A stretch of DNA of 64,000 nt, taken from contig CBEUND010000001.1 in NCBI GenBank assembly GCA_965544395.1, forward strand, positions 6,875 to 70,874, written 5' to 3'. A program made the position numbers and the translations under genes. Under the pieces are notes generated by a model, which saw only the letters and a program-made list of their open reading frames with translations, was not told the DNA's origin and did no database searches. Origin of the DNA: an uncultured bacterium. GTDB taxonomy: Bacteria > Campylobacterota > Campylobacteria > Campylobacterales > Sulfurovaceae. Of the stretch, positions 47,277-57,574 are shown one piece after another (position 1 is the first letter of the stretch; each line of letters begins with the position of its first letter).

Positions 47277-49925
47277 CTATGCTAAGATACCTTTTTTTGG
47301 CCCACTTTTGCCACAGCAGTTTTTGTATTTTTTCCCACTGCCACATGGGCATGGGTCATTTCTCTTTGGTTTTTTGGCAGCTCTGATAGGTTTGGTCACT
47401 TCGTTTTGAGGTTCACTCTCTTGAGTCAAGCTCTCTTCGTATGATTGGCTGAGTGTAGTATCTTCTATAGAACTCTCTAGCTCATTTTTGATCTCTTCTA
47501 CTGCTTGAAGCTCCTCTTCAGGAGTCCCGAAGTCAAATTGCACGAGGTGGAGTATCTTGATCGCTTCAAACTTGATACGAGTGATGAGCTCTTGGAAGAG
47601 ATTGTAGCTATCTTGTTTGTACTCTGTGAGCGGATCTTTTTGGTTATAGCCACGAAGACCTATACCTGTCTTGAGCACATCCATCTCATAGAGGTGATCT
47701 CTCCACTCAGGATCAAGCACTCGTAGGTAGAGGACGCTCTCTATCTCTGCTCTTTGGTCTGGGTCTATTACAGACATCTTCTCTTCATAGTGGCTCTCTA
47801 GGGATGCTGTGATAGCGTCAAATATTGCAGCAACTTCTAGATCTTTGAGTGGCTCGATATCTATATCGACATTGAGTTCCTCTTTGATAAGGGTTGCAAG
47901 CTTGGAGAGGTTGAACTCCTCTTTTGGGGCTCCATCTATGATGTCACACTCAAAAAGGTGGTTGTTGATATACTCTGCTCTATTCTCTTTGATCTTCGCA
48001 CCGATATCAAACTCTGGATCAAGGAGTTGATTACGAAATGCATAGATTGCTTTTCTTTGGTGGTTGGCGACATCATCATACTCTAGGATATTTTTTCTTG
48101 ACTCGTAGTGCATATTTTCGACTTTTTTCTGAGCCTTTTCGACACTTCGTGTGACGATCTTGGAGTCTATATACTCTCCATCCTCTACACCGAGTTTATT
48201 CATAATGTTTCTGATCTTTTCACCACCAAAAATACGCAAGAGATTATCATCGAGACTGAGATAAAACTGGCTCTCACCTGCATCACCCTGTCGTCCACTT
48301 CGCCCTCGTAGCTGGTTATCTATCCTCCTACTTTCATGTCTCTCTGTACCTAAGATATAGAGACCGCCCAACTCTCTCACTTCATCAGATATCTTGATAT
48401 CGACACCCCTTCCTGCCATATTGGTAGCGACTGTGACAGCTCCTTTGGCACCTGCATCCATGATGATCTGTGCCTCTTGCTCATGGTTTTTGGCATTGAG
48501 CATATTGTGTGGGATTTTCTCTTTTTTGAGGCGAGCATCTATCATTTCACTCTTTTCGATAGAGGCTGTACCGATGAGGACTGGTTGCCCTTTTTTGTGC
48601 AACTCTTTGACTTTTGCTACGACTGCATTGAGTTTCTCTCGTTCTGTATTGTAGATGAGATCGTTTTTATCTTTTCTAATAAGTGGGAGATTGGTGGGGA
48701 TAGAGATGACATCGAGGTTGTATATCTGTGCAAACTCAGTCGCCTCTGTCTGTGCTGTACCTGTCATCCCTGCGAGCTTCTCATACTGTCTGAAGTAGTT
48801 TTGATAAGTGATCTCTGCGAGGGTTTGTGACTCCTCTTGGATCTCTACACCCTCTTTGGCTTCGAGTGCTTGGTGCAATCCCTCACTATAGCGTCGCCCC
48901 TCAGAGAGTCGCCCTGTAAACTCATCGACTATCACTATCTCATTGTCACTCACGACATAATCTACATCTTTCTCGAAGAGATAGTGTGCTTTGAGTGCTT
49001 GGTCGAGGTGGTGTGCGAGTAGAGCATTTTCCAAACTATAGAGATTGTCCACCTCGAAGAGGTCTTGAGCTTTTTGCAATCCTTGTTCTGTCATAATGAT
49101 AGTTTTATCTTTCTCATCCACGACAAAGTCACCAGTGGTAATATCAGGCTCTCCAGGTTTTGTAGGCTCTTTGGTGCCTTTCTCCATCTTCATAGCGATG
49201 GCATTGGCTGTTGGATAGTGGTTGACATCTCTCTGTGTCGGTCCAGAGATGATGAGTGGCGTTCTAGCTTCATCTATGAGGATAGAGTCTACTTCATCGA
49301 CTATCGCGTAGTAGTGTTCTCTTTGTACCTTCTCATCTGCACGCACTTTCATATTGTCTCTGAGGTAGTCAAAACCATACTCATTGTTGGTTCCATAGGT
49401 GATATCTGCTTCATATTGAGCTTTTCGTGCCATCTCATCATGGATATCCGCAGTGATACATCCGACGCTATAACCTAAAAACTCATAGAGTACACCCATC
49501 TCCTGTGCATCACGACTTGCCAAATAGTCATTGACTGTGACGATATGCACCCCTTTGCCTCTCATAGCATTGAGGACTACAGCGAGTGTCGCTACAAGTG
49601 TTTTTCCTTCACCCGTCTTCATCTCCGCTATATTGCAGTCATTGAGTACTATACCCCCTACGAGCTGTACATCATAGTGACGCATGTTGAGTACTCTCTT
49701 GGATGCCTCTCTTGTGATAGCAAAGGAGTCGTTGAGTACTGCATCAAGGCTCTTTTCTTCACTATTGACCGATCTCTTGAGTGCATCAAAGGCGGCTCGA
49801 AGCTCTTCATCACTCATCTGTTCATATGCATCTTCCAACGCATTGATCATCTTGGCTCTTTTGAGATATTTTTTTACTATTCTATCATTGGCAGACCCAA
49901 AGACATTGGTAATTCGTTTTATCAT
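47277..49925 (-). CDS. secA: Preprotein translocase ATPase SecA
   Basis: MKTGEGKT Walker A, the DEVDS box, and a C-terminal zinc finger [14 protein letters not shown]. The ORF opens at 50003, but the conserved N-terminus [11 protein letters not shown] starts at 49925. Confidence 0.98.
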   Translation of the reverse strand: MIKRITNVFGSANDRIVKKYLKRAKMINALEDAYEQMSDEELRAAFDALKRSVNSEEKSLDAVLNDSFAITREASKRVLNMRHYDVQLVGGIVLNDCNIAEMKTGEGKTLVATLAVVLNAMRGKGVHIVTVNDYLASRDAQEMGVLYEFLGYSVGCITADIHDEMARKAQYEADITYGTNNEYGFDYLRDNMKVRADEKVQREHYYAIVDEVDSILIDEARTPLIISGPTQRDVNHYPTANAIAMKMEKGTKEPTKPGEPDITTGDFVVDEKDKTIIMTEQGLQKAQDLFEVDNLYSLENALLAHHLDQALKAHYLFEKDVDYVVSDNEIVIVDEFTGRLSEGRRYSEGLHQALEAKEGVEIQEESQTLAEITYQNYFRQYEKLAGMTGTAQTEATEFAQIYNLDVISIPTNLPLIRKDKNDLIYNTEREKLNAVVAKVKELHKKGQPVLIGTASIEKSEMIDARLKKEKIPHNMLNAKNHEQEAQIIMDAGAKGAVTVATNMAGRGVDIKISDEVRELGGLYILGTERHESRRIDNQLRGRSGRQGDAGESQFYLSLDDNLLRIFGGEKIRNIMNKLGVEDGEYIDSKIVTRSVEKAQKKVENMHYESRKNILEYDDVANHQRKAIYAFRNQLLDPEFDIGAKIKENRAEYINNHLFECDIIDGAPKEEFNLSKLATLIKEELNVDIDIEPLKDLEVAAIFDAITASLESHYEEKMSVIDPDQRAEIESVLYLRVLDPEWRDHLYEMDVLKTGIGLRGYNQKDPLTEYKQDSYNLFQELITRIKFEAIKILHLVQFDFGTPEEELQAVEEIKNELESSIEDTTLSQSYEESLTQESEPQNEVTKPIRAAKKPKRNDPCPCGSGKKYKNCCGKSGPKKGILA

Positions 49926-50193
49926 AATATTTAGTATCCTATCATATATTAAGGAGTTCTGCTCTTGCATGCTTCCTAAGAGATTTTGGGTATATTTTAC
50001 CAAAATCTTGTATAAATGTTGTTGACATACTCTATTTGTGATTTTTTACCACTCTGTTATAGATATTTGAGTAAAATTATTCTTCAGATACAACTATGGG
50101 ATATTTGACTTTAGACATTCATGATAAATGTATTCCTACCTATTTATAAAACATTGATGCTCATAGACTCTACACAATATAAGGTTTACAAAT

Positions 50194-50739
50194 TTGACAT
50201 ATTATATGCGATATATACTCTATTTTTTGCTTTTGACAAGTTTTGTGGTTTCGCTACAAGCACAAAGTGATATCACACTTCCTCGTAGTTTTCAAGCAAA
50301 CTTTGAACAATCTATCACAAACGATAAAGGTAAGAAGATATCCTATAGTGGTAAAGTAGCATACTCTTTGCCATATTTCAAGTGGAACTACACAACACCT
50401 ACAAAAAAAGATGTATGCACCGATACGCAAGAGCTGATAGTCGTAGATCATGATTTGGAGCAGGTTTCACTCTATCAGATGGATAATACTCTTGACTTAG
50501 TCGCTATAATCAAAAATGCAAAACCAAATAGAAAAAGTGTCTATATCGCTTCATACAAAAATAGAAGCTACACACTCCAAGTAGATAGCAACCAAAGACT
50601 CTCTCGTATAGCCTATAGAGATGATTTAGATAATAATGTGTTGATCATCTTTAAAAATATGCAATATAGCAATAAAAAAATTGCAGAGAAAAAAATGAGG
50701 TGTCCAATGCCTACAACTTATGATCAGATAGGAGGCTAA
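50194..50739 (+). CDS. lolA: Outer-membrane lipoprotein carrier LolA-like protein
   Basis: Signal peptide, a FxQ start to the mature protein (FQANFEQSI), a size of about 180 aa, and a position divergent from secA-lolC. Confidence 0.7.
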   Translation: MTYYMRYILYFLLLTSFVVSLQAQSDITLPRSFQANFEQSITNDKGKKISYSGKVAYSLPYFKWNYTTPTKKDVCTDTQELIVVDHDLEQVSLYQMDNTLDLVAIIKNAKPNRKSVYIASYKNRSYTLQVDSNQRLSRIAYRDDLDNNVLIIFKNMQYSNKKIAEKKMRCPMPTTYDQIGG

Positions 50740-50740
50740 G

Positions 50741-52123
50741 GTGGAAGAGCTATTGAACACCCTCTTTGCAGACAAATCTCAAGAGTTTTTTGTGATGAGT
50801 ATAACGACTGTAATTATCTTGGCGACGACTCTTTTACTTGTCATACCGCTGAGCAAGGTAAGAGCTATCAAAAATAAGCTTATAGATATGAAAGATATAG
50901 TAACCAAAAAAGATGAAGAGATTAGACAACTACAAAGAGAGAAGAGAGCGATCAAAACGAAAAATTCTCTCTTAGAAGAGAAGTTGATACATTTTGAGGA
51001 GCTGCTTTTAGAGTTGGATGGTTACAAAACAGAACTTGCCGAAAAACAAGAGTATATCATCACGCTCAATGAGCAAAATCAAGAGCATAAAGAGAGATAT
51101 CAAACTCTACTTCAAGAGTATAATGATATTCGTTTCAAATTCAAAAGTATACAGAAGAGAAACGAAGTCTTAGTCGAAGAGAATAGTCGATTTCGTACAG
51201 AGAATAAAAAAGTCCTTGCTGCAGTAGAGGAGCAATCTAATCGCATCTTTGATGCTATCCGTACCAATAGCACACTGAAGAGACGAACAGAGATGGAGCA
51301 GTTAGCGAATGAGTTTTTTGTGAGCAATCAAAATATATATGAAACTATAGAGAAGAGGAGTATCTATAGAGATCTCCTCCCTAGTGCAGAGAGAGTCATA
51401 AAGTCCCAAGAGGAGCTACTGCATCTCTATGAACAACATACTGATAGCAAGAGTGACCTCATAGCAAATATCAATCGCTATCAAAAGATAGACCAAGAGA
51501 TAGAGATATTTTATAATAGACTCTCCAAAGAGAAGCAGTTAGAAAATCTAGGAGAGAAAGCGACAGAGTATATACTCCAACTATCAAAAATAGCCAAAAG
51601 ATATATCAAAAGAGAGGATAAGAGTGTAGGCTATCGTATCTCTATGACCGAAGGAAGAGAGATAGAGATCGATGCAAATCTCTCACTTGTTTTATACCAA
51701 CACTATAGAGAGAAAGAGGGGCGTATAGAGAAAGAGCAGGCACTCAATGGCTATCTTGAGATGTGTGAGGAGCATTTGGCAGGAGTGATAGCAAGGCAGG
51801 ATGAAGAAGAGTACTCTTTACTATTTATCCCAAGTAAAACTGCTCTTGCTCTACTACTCAAACATAGAAGTGATCTCTTTGATGCCTCTTACCAAAAGAG
51901 AGTTCTCTTAGTCCATCCTACGACTCTACTCATGACACTCCAGAGCATTGTCGCTCTTTTAGAACATCAAGTAGAGTACAACCAAGCAAAATCGTTGCAA
52001 ATCACTTCTCAAGAGTTTTATCAAAGCGTAGAAGAGTACTATAAGGATATGCACAATGTATCGCAAGAGTTACAACGCATGCAGAGTAGACTATCTCCTA
52101 TAAATGAAGATCATACAAACTAA
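50741..52123 (+). CDS. rmuC: RmuC-family DNA recombination protein
   Basis: N-terminal TM, a long coiled coil, and a C-terminal RmuC-like core (LLFIPSKTALALLL...VLLVHPTTLLMTLQSI). GTG start directly after the lolA stop. Confidence 0.7.
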   Translation: MEELLNTLFADKSQEFFVMSITTVIILATTLLLVIPLSKVRAIKNKLIDMKDIVTKKDEEIRQLQREKRAIKTKNSLLEEKLIHFEELLLELDGYKTELAEKQEYIITLNEQNQEHKERYQTLLQEYNDIRFKFKSIQKRNEVLVEENSRFRTENKKVLAAVEEQSNRIFDAIRTNSTLKRRTEMEQLANEFFVSNQNIYETIEKRSIYRDLLPSAERVIKSQEELLHLYEQHTDSKSDLIANINRYQKIDQEIEIFYNRLSKEKQLENLGEKATEYILQLSKIAKRYIKREDKSVGYRISMTEGREIEIDANLSLVLYQHYREKEGRIEKEQALNGYLEMCEEHLAGVIARQDEEEYSLLFIPSKTALALLLKHRSDLFDASYQKRVLLVHPTTLLMTLQSIVALLEHQVEYNQAKSLQITSQEFYQSVEEYYKDMHNVSQELQRMQSRLSPINEDHTN

Positions 52124-52135
52124 AGAGTAGAAGAG

Positions 52136-52867
52136 CTATTGAAGATAAAAATCTAGCGTATATTTCATATCCTCATCAAGTGTGAGGGTATCTCTCATCC
52201 ACTCTATATATCTGTAGTCTCGTTGTGCTACTTCATCGATATATTCACCCTTATATTTACCAAATTGGAATTTTTTGATAACTATAGGGGTAGAGGAGAG
52301 TTCTATCAATCGCTCTATAGCATCCTCTTCTTCTATTTTTGATAGAAGCTTGAGTAGCAAGAGCCGCATCACGACTACATCACTCAGAGCATCATGTGCT
52401 TTGATCTCGATAGAGTATTGCTTAGATTGACTTGCTTCCTCTTTGTAAAGCCCCAGTTTATATCGGAGATATTGCAGTCTAAATGCATCGAGTTCTCCAT
52501 AGAGATGTCTGCTACATTTGAGCGTATCTATGAGACGCATTTGGTTGACAAATCCCTCTTTTTGCAAGAGTTTCAAATCTGAAGAGATATCATGTGTTAT
52601 CAATATGTTTTCGCTACTGTTGAGGTCATGAAGTCGTCTATATCCCTCTGTCTCTTTGAAAGGTTTTTCTTCTTTGAGCATATCAGGTGTGATGTGGTGT
52701 ACCTCCATAGCTTCACACATCATCTCTACTTCTGTAGAGTTGCGTTGCGTATAGAACTCTACACTATCTCTATAGAGTGAGTCATGACACACCATCATAC
52801 CCAGCTCGATAATCCTATCTTGTTCTCTGTTGCCTGTCGCTTCTAAATCACAAAGTATATACTCCAT
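52136..52867 (-). CDS. DEDDh 3'-5' exonuclease (ExoX/DnaQ-like) with ExoX-like C-terminal FGKYKG domain
   Basis: Exo I CDLEATG, Exo II region THDISSDL, Exo III HDALSDV. C-terminal KFQFGKYKGEYIDEV..YIEWM. Confidence 0.8.
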   Translation of the reverse strand: MEYILCDLEATGNREQDRIIELGMMVCHDSLYRDSVEFYTQRNSTEVEMMCEAMEVHHITPDMLKEEKPFKETEGYRRLHDLNSSENILITHDISSDLKLLQKEGFVNQMRLIDTLKCSRHLYGELDAFRLQYLRYKLGLYKEEASQSKQYSIEIKAHDALSDVVVMRLLLLKLLSKIEEEDAIERLIELSSTPIVIKKFQFGKYKGEYIDEVAQRDYRYIEWMRDTLTLDEDMKYTLDFYLQ

Positions 52868-53679
52868 TAGATACGACTCTGTACTATTTTATCAAGTGTA
52901 TAGAAGAGATCTTTATTGCATTTGGGATCTTGTGACTCGCACTGTTTCTTCTGCTCTCTATAGAGCCAATCAATCCACCCAGAGTCTATCTGCTCTATCT
53001 CTTGAAGCGTTTTGCCACTATGTTTTCCGAAGTTTATCATCTTAATCTCCACAGGAAGTGTCGTCAACTCTACCATTTTTGCCATAATATCACTATAACT
53101 CTTGAGATGAAATTTCTGCATAACTCGTTTGTATATCTCTCGAAAAAAGAGTTTGAGGATAATCACATCACCTATAGCATCATGTGCTTTGATCTGCACA
53201 GCGTACTTACCGGCTTCTCTCTGTTCATCTTCATGACTAAAGAGTATATAGCGAAAAGTTTGTAACTTATGATTGGGCAGTATATAGCCATGGATCTCTT
53301 CTCCAATTTCATAGAGATGTTTGGCACACTGTAGTGTATCTATGAGTTGCATTTTGTTCTCAAATCCCTCTTTGACAAGCATATCAAGATCAAAATTGAT
53401 ATTATGAGCGATGAGATAATTTTCAGGAATATTATGCCGATTGAGTGCTACGATGAACTGACCCTGCAAAAAAGCAGGCTTCTTATCTATATCTCTCTGG
53501 CGTATGCCATGAACTGCCATCGCTCCTATCTTGATGGGAATATCACTAGAGCATAGCTCATCATACACCTCTTTATACTCTCTATCATAAGGATCTACTA
53601 TGATAGCACCTATTTGAATGATGCGATCTTCTATATTTGTTCCTGTGGTCTCTGTATCAAATATTATTGATTTTGACAT
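52867..53679 (-). CDS. DEDDh 3'-5' exonuclease paralogue with the same C-terminal domain
   Basis: Exo I FDTETTG, Exo II AHNINFDL, Exo III HDAIGDV. C-terminal INFGKHSGKTLQEI..WIDWL. Its stop overlaps the start of the downstream paralogue. Confidence 0.82.
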   Translation of the reverse strand: MSKSIIFDTETTGTNIEDRIIQIGAIIVDPYDREYKEVYDELCSSDIPIKIGAMAVHGIRQRDIDKKPAFLQGQFIVALNRHNIPENYLIAHNINFDLDMLVKEGFENKMQLIDTLQCAKHLYEIGEEIHGYILPNHKLQTFRYILFSHEDEQREAGKYAVQIKAHDAIGDVIILKLFFREIYKRVMQKFHLKSYSDIMAKMVELTTLPVEIKMINFGKHSGKTLQEIEQIDSGWIDWLYREQKKQCESQDPKCNKDLFYTLDKIVQSRI

Positions 53680-53977
53680 ACTTTTCCTTCTCTTCCATAA
53701 TTTATGTTCACTATGGTTTATGGGATATTTTACCCCAAAAAGAGAAAAACTTCAACATAGGTTGATAGCTATATCAAAAAAATGGTAAAATATCGATATG
53801 AAGAGAGTATACAAACTAGGCAACAAAGATGAGACTCCTCTCAAGGTTGCTTCAACTATAACACACAAAGGAAACAGATGAATTACCCAAATCTCCCAAA
53901 AGAGTGAGGTAGAGGCTGTACAAGATATGTATGATGGTGTAGTAGCTTTGATAACTGCTGAAGAGGCACTCTAATAT

Positions 53978-55600
53978 TTATGCCCCTGTATAGATCCCTT
54001 CGACAGATATAAAACGATCCCTTCCATTGTTTTTGGCTTCGTAGAGGGCTGTATCACTCGATTTGATCAACTCAGAGAGTGTATAGTTACGACCTGCATC
54101 AGATGCAACACCGATACTCACAGTGACGTGTATGATCTCTTTACCTGAATCTATCTGTAACTCTCGAACAAGAGTGCAACATCGTTCTGCGATGATCTCT
54201 GCATCATGTTTCGTTGTATTGGGCATAAAGAGAGCAAACTCCTCTCCACCTAATCGCCCAAAAATATCATCAGCTCTTCTCTTCTCATTGATCGATTGTG
54301 TCACAGATTTTAGAACAATATCCCCTACATCATGCCCATAAGTATCATTGATATTTTTAAAGTGATCGAGATCAAGCATCATGACACTATATGGCTCAAA
54401 GCTGGTTTTTGCTCTAAAGATTGCTGATTCAGCTTGGTTGAAAAATTCGCGTCTATTGTAGAGTCCTGTCAAACTATCTGTCCCTGCTAACCTATTGAGT
54501 ACCTCTTGCTTTTTTTGTAACTGTTTTGCATTAAATTGTCTCTGTGACAACTTGTATTGACTCTCTTGTATACTCTTCTCTAAGTTCTTTTTCTCCTCTT
54601 GAAGAGTATTAATAGATGTAGATAAAGTTTTGATAGAGATTGAGATAAGTTCAAGGAAAAGAGTTGCTTTTAAGATACTCAAGCTCAAGAGATTATAAGG
54701 AAGATAACCAATAGACCTGAGGTACTCAACTATCAAAGCAAGACTCAGTGCCATCCAAGCGAGATGAAAATATCTCTGCTTCTTGTTGAGTCCCATAAAA
54801 AACCCATAAACTGTAGTGATGAGAATAACAATCGTGGTAAAGAGTGCAAAAAGAGAGATGAGTTCTAGTGTCACTACCAAAGGAGTTACAAAGAGAAACA
54901 AAAGAGAGAATATATTGAGTACAATCAGTACCATCAATGAGGTATTGAGTGCTTTTGCTTTGCTCTTTGTCGCAAAGAGTACTCTCGTAAATTGTGCCAT
55001 AAATGAGCTAGCAAGTACCATAGTGATAGAAGTAAAGATATAACTTATCAACGGATGATCAAACCAAAAGATCTTCTGTAGCCATCCATCACGATCCAAA
55101 AGTACCAGTATGATAAATAGATGAAAATAGAGATAGACACTCAAATCTATAGATGTCACAATAGATTTAAAATAGAAGATATAAAAGAGTAATATAAGTA
55201 TAACACCAAAGAAGAAGCTATTTGCACTGATCCAAGTTAGTAAGTGGGCTGTACTTTGATGTGCTGCAAGTTCTAGATTTATTAAGAGCATTATAGATGG
55301 ATTTTGGATGCGATAATACTTAAAGTTATTTTTGACAAAACGGGTTGTAGTATTTGCTGTAAATTGAGGATGATCAAAAGAGGGGTTCTTGACCCATAAT
55401 ATTGAGTTGGGGCTTATAGCACGGATGAGATCCATAGAGTTATCATGAAAATTTTCATGATTTTCCATGATAGTTTGCTCTGAGCTTTGATTTTCTAATT
55501 GGAGATAGTAGAGAGTCTTATCCTCATTAGACTTATAATCATTGGATAGTAGATCAATAGGAACTAGTATCAAAACCAAAAAAATAATCAAATGTTTCAT
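53978..55600 (-). CDS. Diguanylate cyclase with 7TMR-DISM-type periplasmic and 7-TM sensor region
   Basis: Signal peptide plus an approximately 110-aa periplasmic region, seven hydrophobic helices, a coiled coil, and a GGDEF domain (DSLTGLYNRREF, RLGGEEFALF). Confidence 0.85.
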   Translation of the reverse strand: MKHLIIFLVLILVPIDLLSNDYKSNEDKTLYYLQLENQSSEQTIMENHENFHDNSMDLIRAISPNSILWVKNPSFDHPQFTANTTTRFVKNNFKYYRIQNPSIMLLINLELAAHQSTAHLLTWISANSFFFGVILILLFYIFYFKSIVTSIDLSVYLYFHLFIILVLLDRDGWLQKIFWFDHPLISYIFTSITMVLASSFMAQFTRVLFATKSKAKALNTSLMVLIVLNIFSLLFLFVTPLVVTLELISLFALFTTIVILITTVYGFFMGLNKKQRYFHLAWMALSLALIVEYLRSIGYLPYNLLSLSILKATLFLELISISIKTLSTSINTLQEEKKNLEKSIQESQYKLSQRQFNAKQLQKKQEVLNRLAGTDSLTGLYNRREFFNQAESAIFRAKTSFEPYSVMMLDLDHFKNINDTYGHDVGDIVLKSVTQSINEKRRADDIFGRLGGEEFALFMPNTTKHDAEIIAERCCTLVRELQIDSGKEIIHVTVSIGVASDAGRNYTLSELIKSSDTALYEAKNNGRDRFISVEGIYTGA

Positions 55601-55664
55601 AATATAAACTCCTATAACTATATTTTATATCTTTTAAACTATATTTGACTTAATTTTATGAGAT

Positions 55665-56420
55665 TTAGGTGAGTTTTATTGGAATCCAATCAGCTTTTTT
55701 ATCTAAATCGGGAAAGCCATCAAGAAGTTCTTGCGGTTGGAACTTTGGTTTATAAGCAAAAGCTTTACACCCATCTACCCAATACCCTAGATAGATCCAT
55801 TGGAGATCAAGTATATTTGCCAAATTAATTTGATAGAGTAGAGAGTATGTACCTAATGAGAGTTTCATATAATCAGGATCATAATAGAAGTAGATAGAAG
55901 ATATGCCATCATCCACTATATCTATAAGATCAACGCCAATGAGTTTGTCATCTTTCATATAGAGAACCTCTTTGCCAAAATCCTCTGCACCATCAACAAA
56001 GTTTTCATGATACTCTTGTTGGGATATCTTTCTAAATTTCCAACCATCTTTTTGCTGTTTGAATGCATGGTATTTGTTGTATAGATCAATATGGGCCTTG
56101 GTGAGTGTTGGTTTTTGTACTACTATTTGTGTCTCTGCGTTGCGTTTGATGGATCGTTTTTGTGATTTGGTATAGTGGTAATTATCAACATCTATACGGA
56201 TACTTTTGCACTCTGTACAGCCTTGACAGATAGGATGAAAATAGTATTTCCCAAATCTCCTCCATCCTCTATGCACTACAGCAGAGACAAAAGTCTTCGA
56301 GGCTTTAGGTACATATTTATAATTCATGCGTACCTTTTTGTCAGGAAGATAAGCACACTCATAGTCAAGCATCGAAAAGTCTGTTGATGGTGGGTTGAGA
56401 GGATCATATTTTTTATTCAT
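55665..56420 (-). CDS. bpt: Arginyl/leucyl-tRNA--protein transferase Bpt (ATE family)
   Basis: CAYLPDK, HRGWRRFGKYYFHP.C..C..C and YLGYWV motifs. The ORF opens with TTG at 56438; the first ATG is at 56420. Confidence 0.85.
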   Translation of the reverse strand: MNKKYDPLNPPSTDFSMLDYECAYLPDKKVRMNYKYVPKASKTFVSAVVHRGWRRFGKYYFHPICQGCTECKSIRIDVDNYHYTKSQKRSIKRNAETQIVVQKPTLTKAHIDLYNKYHAFKQQKDGWKFRKISQQEYHENFVDGAEDFGKEVLYMKDDKLIGVDLIDIVDDGISSIYFYYDPDYMKLSLGTYSLLYQINLANILDLQWIYLGYWVDGCKAFAYKPKFQPQELLDGFPDLDKKADWIPIKLT

Positions 56421-56492
56421 AAACGCGATTTTATCCAAAAAAGATAAAATATCATTTTATTTTTGTCTAAAATTTTTATATTTTGAGGTAAT

Positions 56493-57206
56493 ATGTTTCT
56501 CTACCAACCTACAAATGGGTACTGTTATAACAGTGATTCCATATTTTTATATGATTTTATAGCAACTATTCGTCCCAAGGGAAGAGTCTTAGATGTAGGG
56601 TGTGGAGTAGGTATAGTTTCGCTTCTTTTGAGTCGTGATTTTGATATAGAGATGACGATTATTGATATTCAAGAGAAGATGCTCTCATATGCAAAACATA
56701 ATTTTCAAATCAACGATTTGGAAGTGGAAGCGATTTTGGGAGACTTCGTCTCTTTTAGAAGTGAGAGTAGTTTTGATCTTATCGTATCCAATCCACCATT
56801 TTATGATACTCAAGTGACACAGAGTGAAAATATACATATAAATATTGCTCGATATGCACAGCATCTCCCTTTTGAGCAATTTGTACAAAATGTTAAATTG
56901 TTATTAAAACCTAGGGGGAGATTTATATTTTGTTATGATGCAAAACAGATTGACCAGATTATTGTCATACTCAAACAGTATAAGCTCAATGTCGAAGTGA
57001 TTCGATTTGTCCATTCAAAAATAGAGAGAGAGTCCAAGCTTGTTATGATAATGGCTCGAAAAGGTTCCAAATCTATGACAAAGGTTTTAGCACCTTTGGT
57101 AGTTTTTGATGAAGAGAGTAACTATAAAACAGAGGCTATGGAGGCTTTTTTGCGAGCAGATACTCATAGTATAAAAGGTGATTTCGAGGAGATAGAGTGG
57201 AAGTGA
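56493..57206 (+). CDS. Class I SAM-dependent methyltransferase, tRNA1(Val) m6A37 (YfiC/TrmN6)-like
   Basis: VLDVGCGVGIVSLLL (motif I) and VSNPPFY (NPPF/Y motif IV). Confidence 0.7.
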   Translation: MFLYQPTNGYCYNSDSIFLYDFIATIRPKGRVLDVGCGVGIVSLLLSRDFDIEMTIIDIQEKMLSYAKHNFQINDLEVEAILGDFVSFRSESSFDLIVSNPPFYDTQVTQSENIHINIARYAQHLPFEQFVQNVKLLLKPRGRFIFCYDAKQIDQIIVILKQYKLNVEVIRFVHSKIERESKLVMIMARKGSKSMTKVLAPLVVFDEESNYKTEAMEAFLRADTHSIKGDFEEIEWK

Positions 57207-57574
57207 TAAAAAAAGATGGATATAAATATGGTTTTGACCCAAAAGCTTGTAGTTCTTGTGGAGGGCACTGCTGTACAGGAGAGAGTGGTTATATATGGCT
57301 TAAGAGGAGAGAAATAGAGGAGATTTCTGATTTTTTAGATATAAGTGTTGAAAATTTCGCTATAATGTACTTAAAAAGAGTGAAGCATAGATATACACTT
57401 ATAGAGTACAAAAGAGAAGAACAAAATGATTTTGCTTGTATATTTTTTGATAATAAAATCAAGGGTTGTTCTATCTATCCAGTGAGACCATTACAGTGTC
57501 GTACATTTCCTTTTTGGGATCATTTTAAAAATAGTAGAGAAGAGGTAGAAAAAGAGTGTCCAGGTATAGTGTAA
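57197..57574 (+). CDS. YkgJ-family (UPF0153) Cys-cluster zinc/iron-chelating protein
   Basis: CSSCGGHCC near the N-terminus and C.IY..RP.QCRTFPFW near the C-terminus. Confidence 0.8.
   Translation: MEVIKKDGYKYGFDPKACSSCGGHCCTGESGYIWLKRREIEEISDFLDISVENFAIMYLKRVKHRYTLIEYKREEQNDFACIFFDNKIKGCSIYPVRPLQCRTFPFWDHFKNSREEVEKECPGIV

Noticed and set aside
49926-50003. N-terminal extensions of tracked ORFs (secA 49926-50003, comF 60292-60390, the DEAD-box helicase 1066-1125, and the membrane protein 62581-62715, which overlaps lepA)
   Set aside because: The conserved protein N-termini begin at internal ATGs. The extensions overlap upstream genes or lack ribosome-binding sites.
53798-53974. Small frame MKRVYKLGNKDETPLKVASTITHKGNR-TGA-ITQISQKSEVEAVQDMYDGVVALITAEEAL in the gap between the exonuclease and diguanylate cyclase genes (possible pseudogene, readthrough or selenocysteine)
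   Set aside because: The frame has an in-frame TGA, no convincing Shine-Dalgarno sequence, no SECIS-like hairpin that I could see and no recognisable family. It is most likely non-coding or a decayed remnant. It would merit a tblastn check only.
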